64,000 nucleotides of DNA from Oscillospiraceae bacterium (GCA_015064845.1 SVRL01000003.1:315-64314), one strand, 5' to 3'. Counted from the stretch's first letter, positions 1 through 9,991 are shown. The notes: generated from the sequence alone by a model not told the origin. Numbers and translations are program-made.

Positions 1-275
1 TACGTTGCATTTTTGTACTATGAGATCACGAAAAACCCTTGAAAACACTACGTTTTTGAGGGTTTCTTTTTATCTGAAAATATTGAAAACTTATACATCC
101 GCATCGTTCGGTGGAAATATGTCTACCGGACAATAGTAACGGAAAAACAAAATCAAATATAAACGAGAAGATACATACCGCTTTCCGTAGTCAATCATTC
201 GCCTGATTTGCAAGATTGATTATTTTTCCTATATCGGTTATACCGTATTCAGACGAGCGAACGGAGGTAATCATA

Positions 276-440
276 ATGAAAAAATATCAGATGATACGCA
301 ATTTTAAACTTACAGATTTTGAGATCCGTGTGGCAATCGACGCGCTTGCGGCATATCGAAGAAAGCAGATAGATGAGAATATCAAGCATGATTCCACGAA
401 CGATTTGATCTTGCGTTTTCTGGATTTGTTGGAAGAATAA
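276..440 (+). CDS. hypothetical small protein (54 aa)
   Basis: ATG 276 preceded by GGAGG at 263-267. It is an in-frame inner start of track ORF 216..440. No recognisable motif. A hairpin terminator follows. Confidence 0.5.
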   Translation: MKKYQMIRNFKLTDFEIRVAIDALAAYRRKQIDENIKHDSTNDLILRFLDLLEE

Positions 441-504
441 TTACATAGGCAAAAATATAAGCCGACTTTATCACACTAAAATGGTGAAATAAGGTCGGCT
501 TTTG
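438..504 (+). repeat. ~65-nt stop-codon-proximal repeat containing a Rho-independent terminator hairpin (copy 1 of 2)
   Basis: TAATTACATAGGCA... then stem AAGCCGAC (459-466) / GTCGGCTT (494-501) plus a T-run. A clearly homologous copy lies at 1382-1447. Confidence 0.75.
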
Positions 505-607
505 ACATACGGAAGCTATTTTTATATGAGATTTCTACATTTAGTTGATTTACAAATAAATCGTATTATGATATAATTGATTTTATTATATTGAAAGGAG
601 AAAAAAT

Positions 608-1384
608 ATGATACTTACAGAATTTGATGATAATCCAAGAGCAATTATTAATCCGGATACGTTTCATTCGGTTTTAAAAGAAATGCCTAAAACTTGTGTT
701 TCTTTTTTTTCTAAATCCATCATGAAAGAAATTGCCAATCATTATCCTGTCAAAAAAATTGCGTGTATATCGAATGCAACGGCTGATTTTCCTATATATA
801 AGATCAATATTAAAGGTGTGGATATCGCAATTTATCAATCTGCTGTAGGTGCACCTGCTTGTGTTTGTAATTATGAAGAATTGATTGCAATGGGTGTCAA
901 AAATTTTTTGCTTGTAGGTTGTTGCGGTTGTTTGGATGAAACATTAGAAGAATATGCGATTATTATTCCGACTGCCGCCATTAGAGACGAAGGTACAAGT
1001 TATCATTATGCGCCCGCGAGTGATGAAACGATTATCAATCAAAAGGTTGTTGATATTTTAGAAAATACACTTTCTTCACTTTCCTTGCATTACAGTAAAG
1101 GTAAAACTTGGACGACAGACGCTCTTTTCAGAGAAACAAAGGAAAAAATGGAAAAACGAAAGGCGCAAGGAGCAATTACTGTTGATATGGAATGTTCTGC
1201 GATGAATGTGGTATCCGATTTCAGAGGGGTTAAATTCGGACAAATTTTCTATGCCGCTGATAATTTGGGCGGGGAAGAATATGATCCCAGAAATTTGATA
1301 CAAGGCGTGGAAAGCTTTGATAGTAAGAAAAAAATAATACCAATTGCTTTTGAATGTGCATTAGCGATGGATAAAGAATTATAA
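608..1384 (+). CDS. nucleoside phosphorylase, PNP/UDP family (uridine-phosphorylase-like)
   Basis: 258-aa ORF with RBS AAAGGAGA upstream. Motifs IRDEGTSYHY and TVDMECSAM are typical of the PNP_UDP_1 fold. Confidence 0.85.
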   Translation: MILTEFDDNPRAIINPDTFHSVLKEMPKTCVSFFSKSIMKEIANHYPVKKIACISNATADFPIYKINIKGVDIAIYQSAVGAPACVCNYEELIAMGVKNFLLVGCCGCLDETLEEYAIIIPTAAIRDEGTSYHYAPASDETIINQKVVDILENTLSSLSLHYSKGKTWTTDALFRETKEKMEKRKAQGAITVDMECSAMNVVSDFRGVKFGQIFYAADNLGGEEYDPRNLIQGVESFDSKKKIIPIAFECALAMDKEL

Positions 1385-1447
1385 TTACATAGGCACAAAT
1401 CAAGCCGACTTTATGAACACTATTTTAGTGGAAATGAGGTCGGCTTT
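1382..1447 (+). repeat. ~65-nt stop-codon-proximal repeat/terminator (copy 2 of 2)
   Basis: TAATTACATAGGCAC... then AAGCCGAC (1402-1409) / GTCGGCTT (1439-1446). Like copy 1, it starts exactly at the TAA stop of the preceding gene. Confidence 0.75.
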
Positions 1448-1480
1448 GTGTATTCATAATTTTATCAGATAAATGGGAAT

Positions 1481-1723
1481 TTAGAGTTTTCTTAAATTAT
1501 CAATTCTTTCGGGATTTTCAGATGATGCCCATTCTTTTAGCATATCGCAAGGAAATTGAGAACACTTTCCGCAATGCTCCTGTTTCTTTTGAGAATTACA
1601 TTTATATAAATCACATTCGCCCCAAAAAACCTTTCCTTTTATTTTTTTACAACCGGAACATCCGTTAGACCGTCCAACTTTGCATTTTTCACAATCAATG
1701 CCACAAATCGAATAATTTGCCAT
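1481..1723 (-). CDS. cysteine-rich DUF3795-like protein
   Basis: 80 aa, MANYSICGIDCEKCK...CSGCK...CGKCSQFPC. Multiple CxxC pairs are characteristic of DUF3795. Confidence 0.8.
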   Translation of the reverse strand: MANYSICGIDCEKCKVGRSNGCSGCKKIKGKVFWGECDLYKCNSQKKQEHCGKCSQFPCDMLKEWASSENPERIDNLRKL

Positions 1724-1934
1724 GTGTATCTTCCTTTCAAATTCAAGTTTATATGTTATTTCACATTATAACATGACATTCAAAAATAGTAAATAGAAAA
1801 ACTGAAAAGATAGAAATATTCCCTTGTTGGTAGAAATCGCTTCAAACAAGAAGTTATTGCAAAGATGTTTGCTTTGTGATATGATATAAGCACAGCAAGG
1901 CGCCGCTGAAATCTAATTTCAAGAGGTATTATTT

Positions 1935-2981
1935 ATGAATCTGAAAATCGGTGAAAATATTCGCAAGCATAGACGTGATATGGGGCTTTCGCAGGAGGCT
2001 TTGGCAGAGAGACTGGGTATTTCTTTTCAGGCAGTCAGCAAATGGGAGAGAAATGAAACATATCCCGATGTTGTTTTGCTTCCGGTCATTGCTAATTTTT
2101 TTCACATTTCGGTAGATAGCTTGCTTGGTATGGAAGATGTAAGAGAAGCTGAAGAGGTAAAGGCAATCGTGGCAAAATGTAATGAACATGATACGCATTA
2201 CGAGTGGTCTCAGCTTATTGAAACGGTTGAGGCAGGACTCAAGAAGTTTCCGAATAATTTTGAATTGCTTTCGTGGTATGCTTATGCAATCCAAAACAAG
2301 AATCCCGCAAAATGTGTTGATACTTGTAAATATATTCTGGATAACTGTACCGATCAAGGTATACGAAATTGGACGCAGTCAAACCTGTGTTACGGATATT
2401 TTAAGAGTGGAAATCCTGAGAAAGCCATTGAATGTGCAAAACAGCTTCCGAGTTATTATGCTACAAGTGAAGACTCTCTCCGCCATTTTCTTGATGGAGA
2501 TGAATTAAAAAATCATATCCAGGATCAAATTATCATAAAGCTTGCGTATGAGTTTTGGTTTTCTATCCGTAAACTGAAAAAATTTTACTCTCCCACAGAG
2601 CAGATTGAGCTTTTTACAAAAAGTAACATGATTTATGACGTGATGTATGAAACTGACGATATTCCTTTCAAGCTTACGCGAAAAATGCGAAATTATCAGG
2701 GAATGGTTGAGGTTTGCCTTGAAAACGGAATGAAAGATAAGGCGTTCGGTTATATGTATGAGGCAGTAAAATGTGCGATGGCACACGATAAGCTTCCTCG
2801 CGTGATTCAGTCCGATGCGCTGCTCTTTAACTGTCATCCATATGACCGTAAATGGGAGCGTAAGGCTGATTTGAAATTGTGCGAAGAGCTTTTGCACGAT
2901 TTGGAAACGGAAGATAAGTTCTATGCGAAAATCAGAGAAACCGAGGAGTATAAAGAAATTATCAATATGCTTAAAGCATGA
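1935..2981 (+). CDS. XRE-family HTH transcriptional regulator with long helical (TPR-like) C-terminal domain
   Basis: N-terminus IGENIRKHRRDMGLSQEALAERLGISFQAVSKWERNETYPD is a classic Cro/C1-type HTH. Confidence 0.85.
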   Translation: MNLKIGENIRKHRRDMGLSQEALAERLGISFQAVSKWERNETYPDVVLLPVIANFFHISVDSLLGMEDVREAEEVKAIVAKCNEHDTHYEWSQLIETVEAGLKKFPNNFELLSWYAYAIQNKNPAKCVDTCKYILDNCTDQGIRNWTQSNLCYGYFKSGNPEKAIECAKQLPSYYATSEDSLRHFLDGDELKNHIQDQIIIKLAYEFWFSIRKLKKFYSPTEQIELFTKSNMIYDVMYETDDIPFKLTRKMRNYQGMVEVCLENGMKDKAFGYMYEAVKCAMAHDKLPRVIQSDALLFNCHPYDRKWERKADLKLCEELLHDLETEDKFYAKIRETEEYKEIINMLKA

Positions 2982-3271
2982 TTTCATTTGTTGCTCTCAC
3001 TGTAAAAAATCAAAATTTCGATTTTATTAAACGAACGCAAAAAGAAAAGATCGCACTGAGGCGGTCTTTTCTTTTTGCTATATAGGCAAAGCGAGTTTGT
3101 GACATCATGATTTATATCCATCTGCATACCGACAGAGTACGCGCAAAAGCGCGGCGAAGTTGGTAGTTGACGAGAAAAGGCTAAAAACAAGAAATTTCGG
3201 AAGCGAGTGAGCGAATGCGCGAATCGACTATGTTTTTGTCGTGTCGCCCTCGCAATGTTCGTGCAAACAAA

Positions 3272-3300
3272 TTGACAATCAGGTATTTTTTTGATATAAT
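3272..3300 (+). promoter_or_regulatory. consensus sigma-A-type promoter
   Basis: TTGACA (3272-3277), 17-nt spacer, TATAAT (3295-3300). It sits about 55 nt upstream of the CDS at 3355. Confidence 0.65.
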
Positions 3301-3354
3301 ATTCCCAAGAAAACTTGGGATTTGTTGAAATTTTTGGAATGAAGGGAGATCGCT

Positions 3355-3636
3355 ATGAAAGACTTTTTTCAGTTTATTTTCAAATGTCTGCTTGGCTTTG
3401 TGGCGATGATATGTGGGTCTTCCGTGAATGAGCAAGAGGAGTGGACACTTATTCTTTTCGGGGCTCTCGGAGTAGCTGTTTTTCTTCTTGTTTTATTTGC
3501 TTTGTTATGGTTGATACATAAATATTTTTTTGTCAGAAAAAATTTTTTTGCCGAACACGTATGGTTGATTTCCTTTTCATGCGCGTTTATGCTGACTTTT
3601 ATTTATTTTGCGGTAACTTATATTTTTTTCTATTAA
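3355..3636 (+). CDS. hypothetical small membrane protein
   Basis: 93 aa with RBS GAAGGGAGA upstream and three hydrophobic helices. A consensus promoter lies upstream. Confidence 0.6.
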   Translation: MKDFFQFIFKCLLGFVAMICGSSVNEQEEWTLILFGALGVAVFLLVLFALLWLIHKYFFVRKNFFAEHVWLISFSCAFMLTFIYFAVTYIFFY

Positions 3637-3661
3637 TAAAATAATATTGTGAGGTACTTTT

Positions 3662-4120
3662 ATGAACAAAAGACAACGAAAAAAACAAGAACGGAAACAA
3701 GATGAAAGAGAATGGCAAGAGTATTTTGATTCATTGAAGAAACTGCCTGCTTGGTATTGGAAACGTGGAATTCATGATGCGAAAATTTTGGATGTCTGGG
3801 AACTTGAAAATGGGGTTGATAAAAAGAGAGGAAAGTATTATAGAAATTGTTTGGTGCTTTCCTTAGATTCTTCGGGCGCGATCTATGATATTAATGTTGA
3901 AAAAATAATTTTTTATAACTACGAAGTGAAAAAGGCAGATGTTTCTGTTTCAGAATTATCAAAAACGTGGTGGATGGGGGATACAATTGAACAATTGTCC
4001 AACGGAAATTATTTTTTGAATTTCGAAGTGGATCCTGAAAATCATGAGAAATGGCACTTTTCGATAGAATTTGAATACGCTGATGTGGAAAGACGAGACC
4101 CTCCCAGGATGTTCGTTTGA
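3662..4120 (+). CDS. hypothetical protein (basic N-terminus MNKRQRKKQERKQDE; possibly DUF4085-like)
   Basis: 152-aa ORF with GTGAGGT RBS, on the same strand as its neighbours. The family assignment is uncertain. Confidence 0.65.
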   Translation: MNKRQRKKQERKQDEREWQEYFDSLKKLPAWYWKRGIHDAKILDVWELENGVDKKRGKYYRNCLVLSLDSSGAIYDINVEKIIFYNYEVKKADVSVSELSKTWWMGDTIEQLSNGNYFLNFEVDPENHEKWHFSIEFEYADVERRDPPRMFV

Positions 4121-4235
4121 TAAGAGGCAGTTATTGTAATAAATGCTATGAAAAGGGTTCGGGTGTAATGAGTTGGAGAGATGATTTTAAACGTGTTTAT
4201 GAACGTGTAAGGAAAAAATATGGAGGATATTTAAT

Positions 4236-4982
4236 ATGTTAAAAGTTTCACAGATATTGGATCATTCCGGGTGCAACATCGGTTTTACAACGGAATATCC
4301 TCTTCACTCCTACATTGAAAAAACAGAAGTGATTGGTTTCAGGCGAAATGACAATTCGGAAATTACGGAAATGGGTAAGTTGAGTGTATATATGAAAGAC
4401 GGAACGACTTATACATTCGAGTGTTGGGCAGATGCCGTATATTGCGGACAATTTGGAATCAATGTGTCGGATGACGGAACCCGTATTTATGTCATCAGCG
4501 ATGAAAAGGGATTGTGGTGTTATTCTTGTAAAGGAGAAATTCTTTGGAAAACCCGATATACATCGGCAGGGGATGTCATTGTAAATGCCAACGGTACGAT
4601 CACTTGCATTACCGGCAATAAAATTCTTTTGTTGGATGAAAACGGAAAGTTGATAAGCAGCAGAAAAATTTTACCGTATCATGCTTCAAAGGCATCGGAA
4701 AATATGATCTATGCTGCAATTTCCGAGCGCAAAGCAGTTTTGATTGATTGTGAAACATTGGATATCATCTGGCAAACTTATCTTGATACCTTAGGTTTGG
4801 ATGCTTCACAAGAAGCGATTGTTTATAAAAATATGTTGATTATATTCGGGCTCCGTCAATCCCGTATGATATATATTTCTGTGGATTTGCCGAATTCCGT
4901 GATTGAAAATTGTCATTATGATGAATCTTTGTTTCAAAAAAACGGTTATCGAGGTTTTATAGAGAGATTAGAAAAACAATAA
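4236..4982 (+). CDS. hypothetical protein, beta-propeller/PQQ-like repeats suspected
   Basis: 248-aa ORF with RBS TGGAGGA upstream. Contains repeated G-x-(I/L)-x-W-type strands. A hairpin terminator lies at about 4990-5030. Confidence 0.7.
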   Translation: MLKVSQILDHSGCNIGFTTEYPLHSYIEKTEVIGFRRNDNSEITEMGKLSVYMKDGTTYTFECWADAVYCGQFGINVSDDGTRIYVISDEKGLWCYSCKGEILWKTRYTSAGDVIVNANGTITCITGNKILLLDENGKLISSRKILPYHASKASENMIYAAISERKAVLIDCETLDIIWQTYLDTLGLDASQEAIVYKNMLIIFGLRQSRMIYISVDLPNSVIENCHYDESLFQKNGYRGFIERLEKQ

Positions 4983-5193
4983 AATGTAAAAACTCTTTTA
5001 TCGTATGAAAATACGGTGAAAGAGTTTTTTGAAAAATAATGATATCGTTTCTCAAATCGGGAGACGAAAGAATTCTTGTAAAAATTTTGTATTCTTCTTT
5101 CATAAGCGTTGATTTTTTTTATAATTATTGTTATAATACTATGTATAGGTATGTTTTTGCATACCTTATCAATTGAATAAGGCTGGAATTGCT

Positions 5194-6483
5194 ATGAATT
5201 TTAATATTTTTAATAGACAAAAAATTGCCGATGGTGTTTTTTTCAATGCCATTCAGGAAACGAAATTCAAATCCAATTTGATTTCCGTTCGTTTTATCGT
5301 TCCTTTGGATGAAAGCACTGCGGCAAAAAATGCGCTTCTTTTTCCCGTTTTGCTGAGAGGAAGCAAGAATTTTCCCGATATCGGCGCCATTCGTCGTGAG
5401 GAAGAGTCCGTTTATGATACGGATATTTCCGACGGCGTTTATAAAAGAGGAGATACGCAGATTCTGGAAATGAGAATGCGTGTGCTGGATAACCGTTTTT
5501 CCATTGACGGAATGGATATTACCGCGCGTGCCGTTCATCTTCTTTCCGATGTTTTGTTTGCTCCCGTGATGGAAAACGGTATATTTCTCGCAGATTATGT
5601 GGAAAGCGAAAAACAAATGCTCGTTGATGACATCCGTGCGCAGATCAACGATAAGCGCCGTTACGCTATGCAAAGATTGATGGAAGAAATGTTTTCCGAT
5701 GACGTTTTCGGTATCAGTGAATTGGGAACCGTGGAAAGCGTTTGCGCAATTACCCCCGAATCGCTTACCGTGCAATATCAGGATTTGCTTTCCCGCGCCC
5801 GCGTTGAAATTTTTGCGGTGGGAAATTTTGATTTTGATTCTCTTGGTAAAACCTTTGCCAAAAGTTTTGCTTCTTTGCAAAGAAAGAATATTGTGGATAC
5901 CGAAACATGTGCTATGCAAAGCGCAAAAGAAACGGTAAAAACCGTTTATGAAAGACAAAATATTTCGCAAGGAAAACTTTCTCTCGGTTTTTATACGGGT
6001 GTAACCGTTCGTGATCCGAATTATACGGCTATGCAACTTCTGAATATTATTTACGGCGCAGGTGTTACGAGTAAACTCTTTTTGAATGTCAGAGAAAAAC
6101 TCAGTCTTTGCTATTATTGCGGTTCGGGTGATAACGGACAAAAAGGTTTTATGACCGTTCATTCCGGAATTGAATTCAAAAATGAGAAAAAAGCCGCAGA
6201 CGAAATTCTCGCGCAGCTTGAAGAAATCAAAAAAGGAAATATCTCCGAAAATGAACTCAGAGATGCCAAACTTGCTTTGATCGACTCCGCCGAACGCATT
6301 GCTGACAGCGCGATTAATATGCTTAACTGGTATTTTGCCTGTGTGATGAACGAAGCCGTCATTACACCGAAAGAAAAATGTGAAGCGATTCGCGCCGTGA
6401 AAACGGAAGAAATTGTAAAAATCGCGCAGAATATCCGTTTGGATACGTATTATTTCCTTTGCGCAAAGGAGGAAACAATCTGA
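5194..6483 (+). CDS. M16-family peptidase-like protein, non-catalytic subunit (no HxxEH motif)
   Basis: ATG at 5194 within track ORF 5173..6483. M16B-like architecture, but the N-terminal zinc motif is absent. The stop overlaps the next start (TGATG). Confidence 0.85.
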   Translation: MNFNIFNRQKIADGVFFNAIQETKFKSNLISVRFIVPLDESTAAKNALLFPVLLRGSKNFPDIGAIRREEESVYDTDISDGVYKRGDTQILEMRMRVLDNRFSIDGMDITARAVHLLSDVLFAPVMENGIFLADYVESEKQMLVDDIRAQINDKRRYAMQRLMEEMFSDDVFGISELGTVESVCAITPESLTVQYQDLLSRARVEIFAVGNFDFDSLGKTFAKSFASLQRKNIVDTETCAMQSAKETVKTVYERQNISQGKLSLGFYTGVTVRDPNYTAMQLLNIIYGAGVTSKLFLNVREKLSLCYYCGSGDNGQKGFMTVHSGIEFKNEKKAADEILAQLEEIKKGNISENELRDAKLALIDSAERIADSAINMLNWYFACVMNEAVITPKEKCEAIRAVKTEEIVKIAQNIRLDTYYFLCAKEETI

Positions 6484-7787
6484 TGTCGGAAAATCAAATC
6501 ATTCAAAAAACAAATGAATTCGGAGAGACATATTTTTATACCAAACACAAAAGCGGTTTGGATATTTATGTGATTCCCAAAGATTTCGCCACAAATTACG
6601 CCGTTTTCGCAACGAAATACGGCGCGATCGACAATTGCTTCAAAACCGAAGGCGAAGAAAATTTCCATGAGGTTCCGGATGGAATCGCGCATTATCTGGA
6701 GCATAAAATGTTCGAAAACGAGGACGGTGTGGATACCTTTTCCCGTTTTGCGAAATACGGCGCAAGCGCCAACGCATATACTTCTTCGACTATGACGGCA
6801 TATCTGTTTTCCTGCACCAATCATCTGAAGGAAAATCTGGAAATTTTGCTGGATTACGTTTCCAAACCGTATTTCACACCCGAAAACGTGGAAAAAGAGA
6901 GAGGTATTATTGCGCAGGAAATCCGTATGTACGAGGATAATTCCGGAAGCGCCATTTATTACAATCTTTTGCAGGCAATGTACGAAAAACATCAAACCCG
7001 TGTGGACGTTGCGGGAACGGTGGAATCCATTTCCGAAATTACACCGGAACTTCTTTACGACTGTTACAATACCTTTTATAATTTTTCAAACATGACGCTT
7101 TGTGTTTCCGGCAGAACGGATATGCAAACGGTGCTTTCCATCGCGGACCGCGTTTTGCCCGAACGTGAACCGAAAGCCATTTACCGCCATTACCACGAAG
7201 AAAAAACGGAAGTTTTTCAATCCCGTGTGACGGAAGCGTTTGAAGTTTCCCGTCCGATGTTTTTGCTGGGCATCAAAGATATGGATATTTCCGAAAATGC
7301 GGAGATCCGCATGAAAAAGCGTGTGGCAATGAGCATTCTGACGGATATGCTTTTCGGACCGACTTCCGATTTTGCCATTGACGTATACGAAAGCGGTTTG
7401 GTCAACGGTTTTGATGCTTCCTACGACCATTCTTTTGAATGTTCCCGTATTTTCTTGGAAGGCGAAACGGATGACCCCGAAGCCTTTTATCAAAGTTTTC
7501 TTGCATATTTGGAAGAAATTCGTCAAAAAGGTCTTTGTGAAGAAGATTTCAACCGCATTAAGCGCGCAACCTACGCTTCTTACATCAAGGTTTTTGATTC
7601 CACGAAGCTTGCAAGGGAATTTACGCATATGATTCATGATGAATGCGATCCCTTTGCGTTCGGAGAAGCGATTAAAAACGCAACCTTTGATGAAGTAAAA
7701 ACATTGTTTCTTGCATTGTTCAAAGAAGAATTTTATGCCATGAGTATCGTTACTCCTCTGGATGGAAAGGACGATGAAAACGAATGA
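6483..7787 (+). CDS. M16-family zinc peptidase (pitrilysin/insulinase-like), catalytic subunit
   Basis: HYLEH zinc-binding HxxEH motif followed by a downstream E. Translationally coupled to both neighbours. Confidence 0.9.
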   Translation: MSENQIIQKTNEFGETYFYTKHKSGLDIYVIPKDFATNYAVFATKYGAIDNCFKTEGEENFHEVPDGIAHYLEHKMFENEDGVDTFSRFAKYGASANAYTSSTMTAYLFSCTNHLKENLEILLDYVSKPYFTPENVEKERGIIAQEIRMYEDNSGSAIYYNLLQAMYEKHQTRVDVAGTVESISEITPELLYDCYNTFYNFSNMTLCVSGRTDMQTVLSIADRVLPEREPKAIYRHYHEEKTEVFQSRVTEAFEVSRPMFLLGIKDMDISENAEIRMKKRVAMSILTDMLFGPTSDFAIDVYESGLVNGFDASYDHSFECSRIFLEGETDDPEAFYQSFLAYLEEIRQKGLCEEDFNRIKRATYASYIKVFDSTKLAREFTHMIHDECDPFAFGEAIKNATFDEVKTLFLALFKEEFYAMSIVTPLDGKDDENE

Positions 7788-8857
7788 ATAACGAATCGAT
7801 AATCTCTTTTCCCGGACTTGGTATTGAGGAATTTGTATTGGACAGTACAGCGATTTCTTTCAAAATCGGGGATATGCCGATCACGATCATGTGGTATGGA
7901 ATCATCATCTGTATCGGTATTTTTGCGGCGTTTGGATATTTTGCTTACCGCGCAAAGCAACAGCATTTGCTTTTTGACGATGTGTTGGACATTGCGCTTG
8001 TTACCGTTATCACGGCGGTCATCGGTGCAAGACTGTATTTCGTTGTTTTTTACGGCGGATATCTGGAAACAGACGGAACCTTCCTTGAAAACGTATGGGG
8101 AACGTTCTATAATATCATTGCCGTCTGGAACGGCGGACTTGCCATTTACGGCGGTATTATTTTCGGCTTTTTTGCCGTAATCTTTATGTCAAGACGGAAG
8201 AAAGTGTCTTTCTTCAAGCTTGCGGATATGGCGGCGCCTGCCGTTATGCTCGGTCAATTGATCGGAAGATGGGGGAATTTTTGTAACGGCGAAGCGTTCG
8301 GCAGTGAAACCACGCTTCCCTGGAGAATGGGACTTTGCAATTCCCAAACGGGTTATCGCATGATCTACGTGCATCCGACGTTTTTCTATGAATCCTTTTG
8401 GAATCTCATCGGATTTGTTCTGATTAATATCTTCTATCAGAAGAGAAAATATAACGGAGAAATTCTGATCTGGTATTTCTCATGGTACGGACTTGGCAGA
8501 ACGTTCATCGAATTGCTCCGCACGGACTCTTTGATGATCGGAAATATCCGTGTTTCGGCAATGCTTTCTTTCCTTTTGGTTCTCATTTTGCTTCCTGCGG
8601 AAATTTTTTTGCGGAAGCTGCATAAGCAATACACGGAAGAAGGCTTACTGGCACAGGGCGAGATTACGGAGATCAAAACCATTCTTACTATTTTTGTGAA
8701 TAAGAAAAAAGCAGCATCGCAAGTACAAACATCAAATGCAGCCGCAAAAACGGAAGAGGCAGCAGAAAATAACGATGTTACGACATCGGAAAATAAAGAA
8801 AATCATGCGGAAAATTTCGCAGAATCGGAGGAAACAGAAAATGGCACAAATTATTGA
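7784..8857 (+). CDS. lgt: prolipoprotein diacylglyceryl transferase with low-complexity acidic C-terminal tail
   Basis: [13 protein letters not shown] signature in a multi-TM protein. ATGA overlap with the upstream gene. The tail (...[32 protein letters not shown]) overlaps the folD start. Confidence 0.9.
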   Translation: MNNESIISFPGLGIEEFVLDSTAISFKIGDMPITIMWYGIIICIGIFAAFGYFAYRAKQQHLLFDDVLDIALVTVITAVIGARLYFVVFYGGYLETDGTFLENVWGTFYNIIAVWNGGLAIYGGIIFGFFAVIFMSRRKKVSFFKLADMAAPAVMLGQLIGRWGNFCNGEAFGSETTLPWRMGLCNSQTGYRMIYVHPTFFYESFWNLIGFVLINIFYQKRKYNGEILIWYFSWYGLGRTFIELLRTDSLMIGNIRVSAMLSFLLVLILLPAEIFLRKLHKQYTEEGLLAQGEITEIKTILTIFVNKKKAASQVQTSNAAAKTEEAAENNDVTTSENKENHAENFAESEETENGTNY

Positions 8858-9689
8858 CGGTAAAAAAATTTCGGCGGCGATCCGCGCAGAAATCGCGGAA
8901 GAAGTGAAAGCAATGAAAGCGCAGGGCATTTATCCCGGACTTGCAGTTATTATTGTCGGCGAAAATCCGGCATCTCAGGTTTATGTACGTAATAAAGGAA
9001 AAGCGTGTGAAGAAGTAGGAATCTATTCCGAAATTATTGCAATGCCCGAAGAAACCACGGAAGAAACCCTTCTTGCCAAAATCGATGAATTGAACCGCAG
9101 AAAAGAAATCAGCGGCATTTTGGTACAGCTTCCCCTTCCGAAGCATATCAATGAAGCATCCGTCATTGCGGCAATTTCTCCCGATAAAGACGTGGATGCC
9201 TTCAGCGAGGTCAACGTTGGTAAAATTATGATCGGTAATCACAGATTTCTGCCCTGCACACCTGCCGGAGTAATGGAACTGATTACACGTTCGGGTATTG
9301 AAATTCAAGGAAAAAATGCGGTTGTGATCGGCAGAAGCAATATTGTTGGTAAACCTCAGGCAATGCTCCTTCTTCATGCGAACGCAACGGTTACCATTTG
9401 CCATTCCCGCACGAAAAATCTTGCGGAAATCTGTCGTACGGCTGATATTCTTGTCGTTGCCATCGGTAAAGCAGATTTTGTAACCGTAGATATGGTAAAA
9501 CCCGGCGCGGTTGTTATTGACGTTGGTATGAATCGCAAAGCAAACGGCAAGCTGACGGGCGACGTGGACTATGCAAGCGTTTCCGAAGTTGCGGGTTACA
9601 TTACTCCCGTTCCCGGCGGCGTAGGTCCCATGACCATTACCATGCTTTTGAAAAATACACTGACAGCGGCAAGAGAACAAAACGCATAA
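8841..9689 (+). CDS. folD: bifunctional methylenetetrahydrofolate dehydrogenase/cyclohydrolase
   Basis: ATG 8841 with GGAGG at 8827-8831. [17 protein letters not shown]..., [30 protein letters not shown] and [11 protein letters not shown] are canonical FolD motifs. Confidence 0.92.
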   Translation: MAQIIDGKKISAAIRAEIAEEVKAMKAQGIYPGLAVIIVGENPASQVYVRNKGKACEEVGIYSEIIAMPEETTEETLLAKIDELNRRKEISGILVQLPLPKHINEASVIAAISPDKDVDAFSEVNVGKIMIGNHRFLPCTPAGVMELITRSGIEIQGKNAVVIGRSNIVGKPQAMLLLHANATVTICHSRTKNLAEICRTADILVVAIGKADFVTVDMVKPGAVVIDVGMNRKANGKLTGDVDYASVSEVAGYITPVPGGVGPMTITMLLKNTLTAAREQNA

Positions 9690-9720
9690 ACCCCACTTGA
9701 TCCAAATAAAAAACAGTTGA

Positions 9721-9755
9721 GCCATGGACACCGTTTCGGAATCCATGGCTTTTTT
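9721..9755 (+). terminator. Rho-independent terminator of folD
   Basis: GCCATGGA (9721-9728) / TCCATGGC (9742-9749) followed by a T-run. Confidence 0.8.
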
Positions 9756-9860
9756 ATACTATAGGAAATTACGCAATTTAAACCTCGCCGTTTGCATTGT
9801 TTCGATATAAGAAAAACTTGGATAGGCGAGCAACCTCCAGTGGGTGTTACCCACTTTTTT
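9755..9860 (+). repeat. terminator-associated ~105-nt intergenic element, copy A1
   Basis: TATACTATAGGAAATT...AACCTCGCCGTTTGC...GGATAGGCGAGCAACC...AGTGGGTgttACCCACT plus T-run. Homologous copies at 16818, 27573 (minus strand) and 42829. Confidence 0.8.
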
Positions 9861-9935
9861 AACCTATAGGAAATTGCGATAGACAAGCCACAGATTTCAA
9901 ACAATCCGTTATTCCGGCGGGCGTTGCTCGCTTTT
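9861..9935 (+). repeat. shorter variant element, copy A2 (tandem to A1)
   Basis: Shares the 5' CTATAGGAAATTGCG motif and ends in hairpin GCGGGCgttGCTCGC plus TTTTT. The centre is divergent. Confidence 0.6.
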
Positions 9936-9991
9936 TGATTTCGATAAATATGAATTTTTATGAAACATTCGAAATAAAAATATGAATTTTA

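Noticed and set aside
2984-3435. Minus-strand ORFs 2984..3190 and 3181..3435, and the 290-bp ORF-free stretch 3079-3270
   Set aside because: The ORFs lack RBSs and overlap a terminator and a consensus plus-strand promoter. I looked for similarity to the repeat family (ATAGGCAAAGCGAG against ATAGGCGAGC) but the match is too weak to call.
8778-9746. 322-aa minus-strand ORF
   Set aside because: It lies entirely antisense to folD, whose identity is unambiguous. It has no RBS and a low-complexity, Cys/Phe-rich translation typical of a shadow frame.
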